Position numbers and translations under genes: made by a program. A model generated the notes under the pieces. That model had not been told where the DNA came from. It searched no databases and was given only the letters and a program-made list of their open reading frames with translations. 64,000 bases of DNA from a virus (taxonomy: Duplodnaviria; Caudoviricetes), in IMG/VR virus record IMGVR_UViG_3300028797_000108, positions 75,106-139,105 of that record. One strand, given 5' to 3'. Shown here piece after piece: positions 33,995-43,323 of this stretch (positions are counted from its first letter, which is position 1; the number at the start of each line of letters is the position of its first letter).

Positions 33995-34607
33995 AGTAGA
34001 TGAAAGAAAGTTAAGTCTGGCGGAGGCTGAACGAAGATACGCAGACTTCAGACGAGGCTTGCCTTATGACAGGCGTGTTGTCTGCGAAAGAATTCAGTAC
34101 ATCTTGAATTCTTGTTTTCCGCACGGCAAAGTTTTCTTCAGACATCTAGCTTTGGGTCCTGACAGATACCGAGGACAATGGTCGCTTGGTGAATTAGGAC
34201 AATACATTGCTTTGTATGAATGGTGGAAAGATGGGCGGGCAGAAGACACGATTATTTTGTATGCGCCGAATATCCCAAAAGCAGACAGATTTGAAACATT
34301 TAACCAAAATCATACCGTAAACCGTGTGCAGGGCGACATTGAATATCTAATGCTTTGTAGCCTCTCGCCGCTTGTGTGTGGAGAATCCATTTGGGATGAA
34401 GACCAAGTCAATAAGCTAAGAGACCGTTGGGCATCTTGGCTGGCAGGCATGGATAAAATCACCAAGCTTGAAAAAGATTACCGAGACGACATCAAAGCAG
34501 ACGTCGCATACATTGAAGGACTGATTGAAAAATTGCGAGACCGCAATAAGGCTCAGTACACAAAGTACATAAACATTTTGAATGCATCTAAAAGAGGATT
34601 AGACTAA
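33975..34607 (+). CDS. Hypothetical protein, tandem paralog 1
   Basis: Aligns by eye with 34607..35239. Confidence 0.85.
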   Translation: MSQENGEVDERKLSLAEAERRYADFRRGLPYDRRVVCERIQYILNSCFPHGKVFFRHLALGPDRYRGQWSLGELGQYIALYEWWKDGRAEDTIILYAPNIPKADRFETFNQNHTVNRVQGDIEYLMLCSLSPLVCGESIWDEDQVNKLRDRWASWLAGMDKITKLEKDYRDDIKADVAYIEGLIEKLRDRNKAQYTKYINILNASKRGLD

Positions 34608-35239
34608 TGGCGGTTTATGATCTTCGTTCAATGATAGCACGGCAAGAGTCGGAAACCTACTGGAATACTTACCGTAGAGCAATTCCGGATAAGAACCGTG
34701 TCATCGCTGAAAGAATTCATCACATTATGAACACAAGCCTTGATACTGAGGATGTCTATTTCAAATTTTCAACAACTGGCATTCCTTACAAAAGGTTTTA
34801 TGCAGAATGGAAATATAAAAGCACAGGATGCACTGTTGCTTTTTATGATGTCAGCTCTGAAGAGAAAGACGGTCCAGATATTGTTTGCTTATATTCACCT
34901 TACTTTGATGAACGTTCATTCATTCCTTATAACAAGTCACATGGTAGTGACGCAGGGGAATACCGTGCCATAGAACATGTGTTGTTGACTAATGCAGAAT
35001 CAACCATTGGCTTAGAACAACTTTGGGATGAAGAAAAGGTTGACGCTTTCCGCGATAAATGGATTGGTTGGTATAAGGCGATGAAGATCATCAAAGAACT
35101 TGACATCAAGTATCGTGATGATACAGCAGATGACATTGCTACGATTAGAAAACTTCAACACGATTTAGAAGAAAGAAACAAAATTCAGTTTAAGAAATAT
35201 CAGAACATTTTTAATGCAACTCAAAAGGGATTATCATGA
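34607..35239 (+). CDS. Hypothetical protein, tandem paralog 2
   Basis: Same length (210 aa); shared ERI..I.N, WDE..V...RD.W..W, YRDD..D, Y.NI.NA. Confidence 0.85.
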   Translation: MAVYDLRSMIARQESETYWNTYRRAIPDKNRVIAERIHHIMNTSLDTEDVYFKFSTTGIPYKRFYAEWKYKSTGCTVAFYDVSSEEKDGPDIVCLYSPYFDERSFIPYNKSHGSDAGEYRAIEHVLLTNAESTIGLEQLWDEEKVDAFRDKWIGWYKAMKIIKELDIKYRDDTADDIATIRKLQHDLEERNKIQFKKYQNIFNATQKGLS

Positions 35240-36087
35240 ACTACCGAGATGAAGACTTTGAAGAAGCATACCGTCGCTGGGGCGATGAATATATGATTGA
35301 CCCGTATGATGGTAGAATGATTCGTCGCCGCGACATGGCTGACTACTTGAGATGGCAGCGTGAAAAGTATGGCTACAGATATAATGAGCCTTATTATGGC
35401 GGTCCTTGGAGTCGCCGTGAATTTGAAGATGAAGTCTTTGAACACATGCGCCGCCGAGAAGAACTTGAAGCATATAGGAAGAGCCTTTGGTTCAAGCGTG
35501 AGGCCGTTGAAGATGCAGTCAAAACTGTTCGTGAACTTATCGCCGAACAGACACAAGATTATCCTTATGTAAGAGAAGCGGTTATTTCAAACAAGCCGCC
35601 TAAAGAAGAGGGCGACAGACATCACATGCATGTTGTGTGGTCTTTCAAGATTGGCCCAATGGGCAAAGACTTGATTTCAGTAGACGGTGATGAAAACGGT
35701 TTAAGAGTAGAAGTTTTTGACCCTGCTTTCATTAACGGCGATAACATAAAGAAGCTCGCTCATGACTTCCTATGGTATAGAAATAAAGATGAAGGCGATG
35801 GTTATGTGTCCATTTGTTTGAAGAACCTCTTTAAGCGTGATGATCATAGGACATTTCGTGGCGATGCATCTCGTGACGATTGTAAGACCGCAATAAAGGA
35901 ATGCGTTCTAAAGATTAAAAGATTTAACAAGTTCCTTGAGAAGATGGAAAAGTCGCCGCTTGAAAAAGTTGTCGCTGAAAAGGACGCTCTTGAAGCAAAG
36001 ATTGCTGAACTGCGTGACGAACAGAAGCAACTTGTTGAAGTAGCCGAAACAAAAATCCTTAAAATGACAAGTGCATTGGAGCTATGA
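35236..36087 (+). CDS. Hypothetical protein, C-terminal coiled coil
   Basis: ATGA coupling, 283 aa. Confidence 0.85.
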   Translation: MNYRDEDFEEAYRRWGDEYMIDPYDGRMIRRRDMADYLRWQREKYGYRYNEPYYGGPWSRREFEDEVFEHMRRREELEAYRKSLWFKREAVEDAVKTVRELIAEQTQDYPYVREAVISNKPPKEEGDRHHMHVVWSFKIGPMGKDLISVDGDENGLRVEVFDPAFINGDNIKKLAHDFLWYRNKDEGDGYVSICLKNLFKRDDHRTFRGDASRDDCKTAIKECVLKIKRFNKFLEKMEKSPLEKVVAEKDALEAKIAELRDEQKQLVEVAETKILKMTSALEL

Positions 36088-36893
36088 TGGACATTACAAA
36101 ATTCTTTTTTGAGCCAAACACACCAGGCGTTGATAAAGACCTAATCGCTCGCACAAACGAACAGCGAGTTGCATTGTGCGGGTTGATTGGTACTTGTCTA
36201 GCAGCCTACATGGACCGTTCGGTCTTACCTTTCTCTTACCGTTGCTCGCCTACATACCAAAGCAATTGGTTTGAGATAACCTTTGACATGAACCTGAAGA
36301 ACCGAACACAGTTCTTCAAGATTGCTCGTGTTCGTTATGAAGTTGAAAAGACTGAAAGCGGCGGGCTCAAAGAAGATGGCTTTGTGGAGTTCATCATCCC
36401 AGATGAATTCAGTGATAAGCAGTCTTACATTGACAATGAAGGCGATGAAATGCGATACACATTAACCAAGGACGGTTTCCGTGGCGGTGAATGTGAAGAA
36501 TTGTTGAAATATCGTGACCCGAAAATTTTGCTTCATAACTTTAACTGGAAGAAGGTAAGAATTCCGCTACGAGATTTCCTATCACAGGAATATCAAGATT
36601 TTGTCAATAAGACTTTGAAGAATTGGTCTTATGTAAGCAAGCTCATGAAGAATGTTATGACATGGGATCTTGAAAAGACAAGCACAGAGCTTGCTAAAAT
36701 CCGTGATGAAATAAATGCTCTTCAGGAACGACGCCGTAATATGATACAGGCAGTAGGTAAAAAGTTCGGCATGGTAGGACGAACATTACCTATGCAAGGA
36801 TTGCCGACAGTTCCTGAAGAAGATTATGATGATGGCGATGAAAATGCACCTAAGTGGCAATTCAAAATTGAAAACACTTATGTGATGGATTAA
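36084..36893 (+). CDS. Hypothetical protein, C-terminal coiled coil
   Basis: ATGA coupling, 269 aa. Confidence 0.85.
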   Translation: MMDITKFFFEPNTPGVDKDLIARTNEQRVALCGLIGTCLAAYMDRSVLPFSYRCSPTYQSNWFEITFDMNLKNRTQFFKIARVRYEVEKTESGGLKEDGFVEFIIPDEFSDKQSYIDNEGDEMRYTLTKDGFRGGECEELLKYRDPKILLHNFNWKKVRIPLRDFLSQEYQDFVNKTLKNWSYVSKLMKNVMTWDLEKTSTELAKIRDEINALQERRRNMIQAVGKKFGMVGRTLPMQGLPTVPEEDYDDGDENAPKWQFKIENTYVMD

Positions 36894-36955
36894 AATTTCT
36901 AACTGACCAATTTACAAATGTCTTTTAATTTGTTATTTTTGAACTAGAGGAACTT

Positions 36956-37681
36956 ATGATTGAAATTACAAAGACAATAGATGGACATGATATGGGTCCA
37001 GGCGTTGATGAAGCAATTGAGCACATCAAGAACATTGAAGCAACTGTGAATGCTTGCTTGGACAGATATTTTCCAAATGAGAAATTTGATACCACAGAAT
37101 TTCAAGAAGCGGTTAGGACACACTTCCATGAACAAGGAATTGAAATTCAATGCAGGTTCAAGTTTGACAATTATGATCTTAGCCCGCTTAAGATGTTTTC
37201 CAATCGTTGGCGAGAAGGCGTCATACCTTTTGTGATTTCATACCGCCGAGACAGAGGAGTAACTCTTACCTATTATAATTTATTTGGACTGAATGATGAA
37301 GACACATTGAGCAATGTGAATCGTCTCATTATATCTGACAAAAATTATTTGGCAACTAATGACAACCTCATATTTGACCTTCGCACACGAATGATTAAGT
37401 TCAATGATAGCGATGTTAATTATGATTCTATCAGACACAGTTTTAAGGAAAGTGTCATTGACCCAATGATGGGTATTTTCTACCGTTTGAAGTGGGCATC
37501 AAAATTTAATGATGAACTAACGAAAGCTGAAAAGCAAGTAATGGAGGCCACACAAAAGTTTCATGAACTTGCTGATGCGGTTGAGACCGCGAAGAAAACA
37601 CGCGATGAATATGTAACGACAAAGGCTAAGAAGATTGCTCAAAAGATCAAACTTTTAATGGAGAAATGTAAAGATGCCTGA
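36956..37681 (+). CDS. Hypothetical protein, C-terminal coiled coil
   Basis: GAGGA RBS. Confidence 0.85.
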   Translation: MIEITKTIDGHDMGPGVDEAIEHIKNIEATVNACLDRYFPNEKFDTTEFQEAVRTHFHEQGIEIQCRFKFDNYDLSPLKMFSNRWREGVIPFVISYRRDRGVTLTYYNLFGLNDEDTLSNVNRLIISDKNYLATNDNLIFDLRTRMIKFNDSDVNYDSIRHSFKESVIDPMMGIFYRLKWASKFNDELTKAEKQVMEATQKFHELADAVETAKKTRDEYVTTKAKKIAQKIKLLMEKCKDA

Positions 37682-38363
37682 GGAATTGCAGTTTAAGGCT
37701 AGCGGCTCACTTGTTCTTACGATGATTCAAGACAAGGACTTGCTTGCTGATTACATTACACGATTGCTCAATGATTGGGGAATTACAACAAAATGCAGTT
37801 ATACTTCCGATGGGGCAAAAGGTGAAGATGCGTCTGGCACATTCGTTTGGAAGTTGACCGATAAAAAGCTGCAAGATCTTTTGAAAAAGTCTGCAAGGAT
37901 TGATAGCGGGACCAGATCTTCAATGTCGCCGCTTTCTATGCTTTATTCACCTAGCGGACTTTTCGCAAAAGGATGTAAGTACTGCATTCAATTTTATTAC
38001 CCAGCTTTTGATCCGCGTGATATGAGAAGCATGACTGCGACGATAATGAACAGCGAGGACCCAGTTGCTGCTATGCAGCAATATGGGCCACAGTTCAAGG
38101 TCCAGCGAGTCACAACGATTGATGACTTAAAGTATGCTGCCGACAAGTGGTTTGCTGTGCTTCAGATGCAAAAGCACATTCTTGAAATCGTGACGACAAC
38201 GGATGTTCATAAGCGCTATCAAGGTTTAATGGCGAAAAAGAGAAAATTGGAATCTGATTTGCGGCAAGTTGAAGATGAAATGCTTTCATTGATGAACTTG
38301 ACAATTAAAAAGTGCGAAAAATACTGCGAAATTGAAAATGAAAAACTGAACGGCCTAAAATAG
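37674..38363 (+). CDS. Hypothetical protein, C-terminal coiled coil
   Basis: Overlapping start, 229 aa. Confidence 0.85.
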   Translation: MPEELQFKASGSLVLTMIQDKDLLADYITRLLNDWGITTKCSYTSDGAKGEDASGTFVWKLTDKKLQDLLKKSARIDSGTRSSMSPLSMLYSPSGLFAKGCKYCIQFYYPAFDPRDMRSMTATIMNSEDPVAAMQQYGPQFKVQRVTTIDDLKYAADKWFAVLQMQKHILEIVTTTDVHKRYQGLMAKKRKLESDLRQVEDEMLSLMNLTIKKCEKYCEIENEKLNGLK

Positions 38364-38471
38364 GCGCTTATTTTTACGAAATTTAAGCGCTTTTATTACA
38401 GTTTTTTGCAGAGTTCCTGCGAGATTGTGTTATTTTGGGCTAACCGTATAATTGACCGTGAGGTATGAAAA

Positions 38472-39245
38472 ATGGCGATTGTTCATGAAGTCCGTGAAGG
38501 AGATTCTTATCGGTGGACTGACCGCCCTGACCGCGATATAGACACATGGAAATTCCGAAAGAGGTATGAAATGAAAAGACCGATACTTACAGGAAACGTT
38601 ATGACCGGAGAAACCGGCATTGAAATCTTCTGGAAGATTGTTCACGAAGAATTGGGCACTAATGTTGTTGCTTTCGCCAACACATACATGATAGATGTTG
38701 ACTGTTCTTATAAAGCATCATTGAAGGCACATCAAATTCCGTGTCTTGCTAAGTTCTCAAGATGGGTCGGTTCTTCAGAAATCATTGATGTGCTGTTCAA
38801 CCAACGAACTGGAGAACTTTACAGCGTTTGGATTGATGCACCATATCTTGATGAACAGCATGTAAGCAAAATTTACAAAGATATCGTTGGAGATGACAGT
38901 TTCTTTGATGAACAGACTAAGCAGGATAAATGGGTTAACGGTTCAGGCACCATTCAGTGGCAACCGCTGGAATTAGAAACCAGCACGCACATGCTTGATG
39001 TATCTGCCTTAAGATCTGCGCTGCAAAGAATTAGACGCTTAGGCGACATTCTTAAAGATGCAAGACAAAATGAAAGCATCAAAGCACTGCATCAAGAACT
39101 CAAAGATATCATTGAAGAAAATACAAGACGCTTGGCTGAATTTGAAACGAAAAGACAGACTATGCTTGCGAAGGAAGTCAAGAAAGCAGTCATTAAAGAT
39201 GAACGAGCAAAAGAATGTTTGACACCAGACGAACAACAAGATTAA
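38472..39245 (+). CDS. Hypothetical protein, C-terminal coiled coil
   Basis: GAGG RBS. Confidence 0.85.
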   Translation: MAIVHEVREGDSYRWTDRPDRDIDTWKFRKRYEMKRPILTGNVMTGETGIEIFWKIVHEELGTNVVAFANTYMIDVDCSYKASLKAHQIPCLAKFSRWVGSSEIIDVLFNQRTGELYSVWIDAPYLDEQHVSKIYKDIVGDDSFFDEQTKQDKWVNGSGTIQWQPLELETSTHMLDVSALRSALQRIRRLGDILKDARQNESIKALHQELKDIIEENTRRLAEFETKRQTMLAKEVKKAVIKDERAKECLTPDEQQD

Positions 39246-39898
39246 AATTTCCGCTACTGCAGAAGTATATCACCGAAACGCTTGGAGTAGATTTTTCCAA
39301 GCTTAACCCGGCGATACTTTCAGAAGAGGATGACGCTTGGGGTGAGTTGAGGTACTCCATAACCGTCAATGACATACCAGAATTTGGTAAGACACTGTTT
39401 ATCAAAGGAACAGCAGAGGTCATTACGATTGTGATGCGAAAATGCCCTGAGGATCCTGACGGCTATGTTCGTGTAGTTGACATTTGGTCGCCGTGCATTC
39501 CTGAAGACAAGTACTTACACGATTGGATTGATAAAGAAAATCTTCGTTGCTTGTATTATCAGCTTGCATACAACAAAGGTAAGATTGACGCTTACGATGT
39601 TAATGACGAACAACACATCACTTGGCGAAACCAGACCTTCGGGGAAGAACATATGAATGATATTCATTGTGTTCTGCTGTCAGAGTTTTCTGATGTCACT
39701 TACGGCATAAGAACGATGATAAATGAGTTCATGAGAACCTATGCTTGGGTTGGCGCAGCAAGAGAAACGATTCATTTTGACAACATGGTCGAGATGGAAC
39801 ATGTGGAAGACATTGAGGCTTTCATTGAAAAACAAATAGACAGACACTATAAGAAACTTGAATTACAAAATGAAAGGAAGATGGGACTAACTTTATGA
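39215..39898 (+). CDS. Hypothetical protein
   Basis: 227 aa, operon packing. Confidence 0.8.
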   Translation: MFDTRRTTRLKFPLLQKYITETLGVDFSKLNPAILSEEDDAWGELRYSITVNDIPEFGKTLFIKGTAEVITIVMRKCPEDPDGYVRVVDIWSPCIPEDKYLHDWIDKENLRCLYYQLAYNKGKIDAYDVNDEQHITWRNQTFGEEHMNDIHCVLLSEFSDVTYGIRTMINEFMRTYAWVGAARETIHFDNMVEMEHVEDIEAFIEKQIDRHYKKLELQNERKMGLTL

Positions 39899-40512
39899 AA
39901 AGAGGAAACAACAAGGAATTCCTTTACATCTCGGAAGTCTTTGACACATTTAAGGAATGTGGCCTTGAACTTTCTAAGGAATCAAAGGAACGCATTCTTA
40001 AGTCACTTCACAAGGAAGGTCATGCGCTTGTGACTTGGAATGATACTTTCAAGTCTAAGTGGGGTACTAACTCCCATGCCAGACTTTGGTTCATTGAATA
40101 TGAGGACCACTGGGCTTCCCGTTATCATGACGGAACTTCGCTCGGTCAGACCATTCACATGACTGCTTACACGCAGCCCGACATGGATGATGCAAAGTTC
40201 ATCAGGCAGCTAGTCACTCGTCCTCGTAAGATGGCGTTCGGCGCGAATGACTTTGACCTTACATATCCGTATAATCACACGATTAAGTGCAAGAAGCAAC
40301 TGTCGGCGTCAATCTTTCAGGTATCAAAGGTCATCAATGAACGAAATGGTTTGATGCACTCGGAGTCCTTCAATGAAGGCGTTAGGCACTATAAGGAAAA
40401 CGCGAAGAAGATCGGCGAGCTAAGAAAGGAAAACACTGCGTTCTTGACTTCGTATGTAGGCAAAATTTCAAAGAAGCTTGCCTTGAAGCGTGAAGCAGAA
40501 AATTTACATTAA
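39895..40512 (+). CDS. Hypothetical protein, C-terminal coiled coil
   Basis: ATGA coupling. Confidence 0.8.
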   Translation: MKRGNNKEFLYISEVFDTFKECGLELSKESKERILKSLHKEGHALVTWNDTFKSKWGTNSHARLWFIEYEDHWASRYHDGTSLGQTIHMTAYTQPDMDDAKFIRQLVTRPRKMAFGANDFDLTYPYNHTIKCKKQLSASIFQVSKVINERNGLMHSESFNEGVRHYKENAKKIGELRKENTAFLTSYVGKISKKLALKREAENLH

Positions 40513-40588
40513 CCTTTTCAATTTCTTCTAAACATTGTTATATTTTATAAGGTCATATATAACTATGTAAAACATTATAGGAGACGAT

Positions 40589-41899
40589 ATGAACATCGCG
40601 ATTGGAAAATTTGGAAGAAGTATGTTCTTTGATGAAAGTTCTTGGAGCATCTATGCGGGTGATGACTCGCCTAAGATTGTTTATCTTGAACTTGCAAGAA
40701 AGCATCCGAATGACACATTCTACATTTTGGGTGCATCTGACTTTACAAAGTGGAAGGAAAAGAACTCCGGATTCTTTGCAGAAGAACAAGTGCCTGAAAA
40801 CATTGTTGATGTGTGGAATACCGCAAAGGCCGAACTTGGACCTAAATACAATTTCGGCAAGAAGGGCTACACAGAAGAAATGATGTATAAGATTGAAGGC
40901 AAGGAACCATGGCGCATGCTTGACGAATATGTTGACACGCATGGCTTGCATTTTGACCTTGGCATTTTCATGCAGGGTCCTGATGCTCGTGTTTCAGTCA
41001 TGGGTGAACATATTCCTTGTAAGAACAAGAAGGGTTCTTTCTCACAGTGCTTGATGATGGCTGCTTTGTATAACGGCCCAATGCGTCACTTGATTAACAA
41101 GCACAAGTTCCCTTGGTATAACATTATTGAAGACCCACGCTATGTTCCTATTCAGGATGTGGATGTTATTCATCATGAAATTTTCAACCTTTCACAGTGT
41201 AATGAAACATATCAGATTTCATCAATGGATTCTTACACACAAGATCCTGACACTTATGAAAAGAAACCGTTCATTTTGAAATACAGCCAGACCGAAAGAT
41301 GGTTCTTGCGTAATTTGAAGAAGGTTGACTTTACCAATCCTGATGCGATTAAGGTCGGTAAGCATACATACCAGAAGAAGACTCCGTTCATCTTGACATT
41401 GAACGGCGGTTATGACCGTTTGGAATTCTTGGAGAACTGGGTTTTGAACAAATTGCCGAACTGTAAGGTTTATGGTAAGTGGTCAGACGAAGCACAGGAA
41501 AAACATCCGGGTACATTTATCAAGAAGGGTATCGTTGAAATTCAGGACAAGATGTGGGAAGCAATGTTCACATTTGTGCCTTCATTCATGAAGAGCCGAA
41601 AGAACTTCGTAACCCAGAAGGTCTGGAAGATGATGTATTATGGCATCATTCCGTTCTGGGATAAGAATTCATACGATGTGGATAACCTGTTCCACGACCT
41701 GCCTGATTTCTTCAAGGTTGACTCACCTGAACAGATGTGGGAACGCATTAAGTACTTGATGCAGAACCCTGAAGAATACAAGAAGTATCTCGGTATCATG
41801 TATAAGCTCTTGGAAGATAAATACTTCAATGGGGACTTTATTGACGAAGTCTTTAATCCGCTCATTGAAAAGCATCGTCCGGAAGCTGAAAAGAAATGA
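40589..41899 (+). CDS. Putative GT-B fold glycosyltransferase (possibly DNA-modifying)
   Basis: 436 aa; MNIAIG Rossmann start, VYGKW, NFVTQKVWKMMYYGIIPF and V.SPEQM..RI C-terminal pattern resemble GT1/beta-glucosyltransferase-like proteins. Confidence 0.55.
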   Translation: MNIAIGKFGRSMFFDESSWSIYAGDDSPKIVYLELARKHPNDTFYILGASDFTKWKEKNSGFFAEEQVPENIVDVWNTAKAELGPKYNFGKKGYTEEMMYKIEGKEPWRMLDEYVDTHGLHFDLGIFMQGPDARVSVMGEHIPCKNKKGSFSQCLMMAALYNGPMRHLINKHKFPWYNIIEDPRYVPIQDVDVIHHEIFNLSQCNETYQISSMDSYTQDPDTYEKKPFILKYSQTERWFLRNLKKVDFTNPDAIKVGKHTYQKKTPFILTLNGGYDRLEFLENWVLNKLPNCKVYGKWSDEAQEKHPGTFIKKGIVEIQDKMWEAMFTFVPSFMKSRKNFVTQKVWKMMYYGIIPFWDKNSYDVDNLFHDLPDFFKVDSPEQMWERIKYLMQNPEEYKKYLGIMYKLLEDKYFNGDFIDEVFNPLIEKHRPEAEKK

Positions 41900-42282
41900 C
41901 CTATCACAACGCTTTGATATTTCTCAAAGACACCGCTGACGAACTAACCGCCAGCGGTTTTTCTGTATGTGAAGATGAAGAAAGGTCAACAGTCTTTCCG
42001 CAATACATTTTCAAAGTTGATGATACGGTTGTCGGCAAAATCGAGATATCCCATATTGACCCCTACAAGGATGATTGTAGCATTAAATGGGAATGTCAAT
42101 GGTATTCAATGCCTGACCCCACAAAGGGAGAATACCGCGGTCTATATAAACATGACACAGGTTATTGGGACAGCGTGGGCAGGTTCTTAGGCGAAATGTG
42201 CTATCTGGCTATGCCTGGAGAGAAACGAAAACGACGAGATTTGAAAGTAAAACAACTGAAAGAGGAAAGGGAAACGCTTTAG
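41896..42282 (+). CDS. Hypothetical protein
   Basis: ATGA coupling. Confidence 0.75.
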   Translation: MTYHNALIFLKDTADELTASGFSVCEDEERSTVFPQYIFKVDDTVVGKIEISHIDPYKDDCSIKWECQWYSMPDPTKGEYRGLYKHDTGYWDSVGRFLGEMCYLAMPGEKRKRRDLKVKQLKEERETL

Positions 42283-42298
42283 GGCGTTTCCCTTTTTT
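42266..42298 (+). terminator. Rho-independent terminator
   Basis: AAAGGGAAACGC...GCGTTTCCCTTT-TTT. Confidence 0.8.
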
Positions 42299-42300
42299 GT

Positions 42301-42308
42301 TATAAATA
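42301..42308 (+). promoter_or_regulatory. T4-type late promoter
   Basis: TATAAATA before the structural operon. Confidence 0.75.
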
Positions 42309-42340
42309 AATTGAGAAAGATTTTATAAAGAGGATTTCAG

Positions 42341-43303
42341 ATGTTAATTAGCGGTGGACAAGTTATTGCTATTGATAAGGTGGCACATGACACTACCTTG
42401 TCAGGTGACGGCCTATTCAATAAGCTCGGCGTCAATACATCTCTCTTGCTGACGAAGCAGGAAGCTGCTAGTTCATATCAACCTAAGGGTGACTATGCAT
42501 ACCGCAGTGAACTGGCATCATACTATACAAAGTCGGAGGTCAACACGACCTTCGCTAAAATTGCGAATGTTTATAGCAAGTCGGACATTGATAACAACTT
42601 CCAGCGTAAAGGCAATTATGCTACGGTTGCTGCCGTTCAGGCGGTTCAAAATGACTTGAACCAGGTTAAGTATGATCTTCCAAGAACATATTTGACAAAG
42701 GTAGACGCAGCGAGCCTTTATGCCTCAAAGACGGACCTTTCAAATCAGTACACAAGAATTACGGATGAAACTGACAATAAGTTGCAGATCATGCGTGAAG
42801 AAGAAGCTGATTTGAGACATCTAACTGAAGAACACATTTCTGATGAAACTCGTCACTTGGTTGAAGAGTCATGGAATTTCATTAATCAGTTGTCGGCGGC
42901 AGGCATAGATCATATCGTCACTACGGTTGGTCTTGACGAACTAGACAACAATACATTGTATGGCGTCTTTAACATCGGTCCGGGTCAATGGGAATGGCGC
43001 GAAATTGCCGGTGGTGGCCAAGGCATTATGGGCATTGACGCTGACCGCCCATTAAATGCAGTTAGAACAGATGATACATATCGCATTTACATGGACTTCA
43101 GCGCGGTTGATGTTATTGACCGAGCAAAGGCTTTGGTCGAGAATACAAATGTCGGCGCAAGCGGTATATTCATTGATACTCCTGAACCGAAGGTGACACG
43201 ATTCTATTCTGACCGAACAAAGGTAATCTTTACCGACGCCGAACCAACAACGGCAGTGAATGAAATCTATATGATGACTATGACAGCGGATTTGTTGGAA
43301 TAA
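42341..43303 (+). CDS. Fibre/whisker-like virion protein
   Basis: HDTTLSGDG, YQPKGDY and YYTKSEV fibre-type repeats. Confidence 0.65.
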   Translation: MLISGGQVIAIDKVAHDTTLSGDGLFNKLGVNTSLLLTKQEAASSYQPKGDYAYRSELASYYTKSEVNTTFAKIANVYSKSDIDNNFQRKGNYATVAAVQAVQNDLNQVKYDLPRTYLTKVDAASLYASKTDLSNQYTRITDETDNKLQIMREEEADLRHLTEEHISDETRHLVEESWNFINQLSAAGIDHIVTTVGLDELDNNTLYGVFNIGPGQWEWREIAGGGQGIMGIDADRPLNAVRTDDTYRIYMDFSAVDVIDRAKALVENTNVGASGIFIDTPEPKVTRFYSDRTKVIFTDAEPTTAVNEIYMMTMTADLLE

Positions 43304-43323
43304 ATACACAAAGGGAATAGGAA

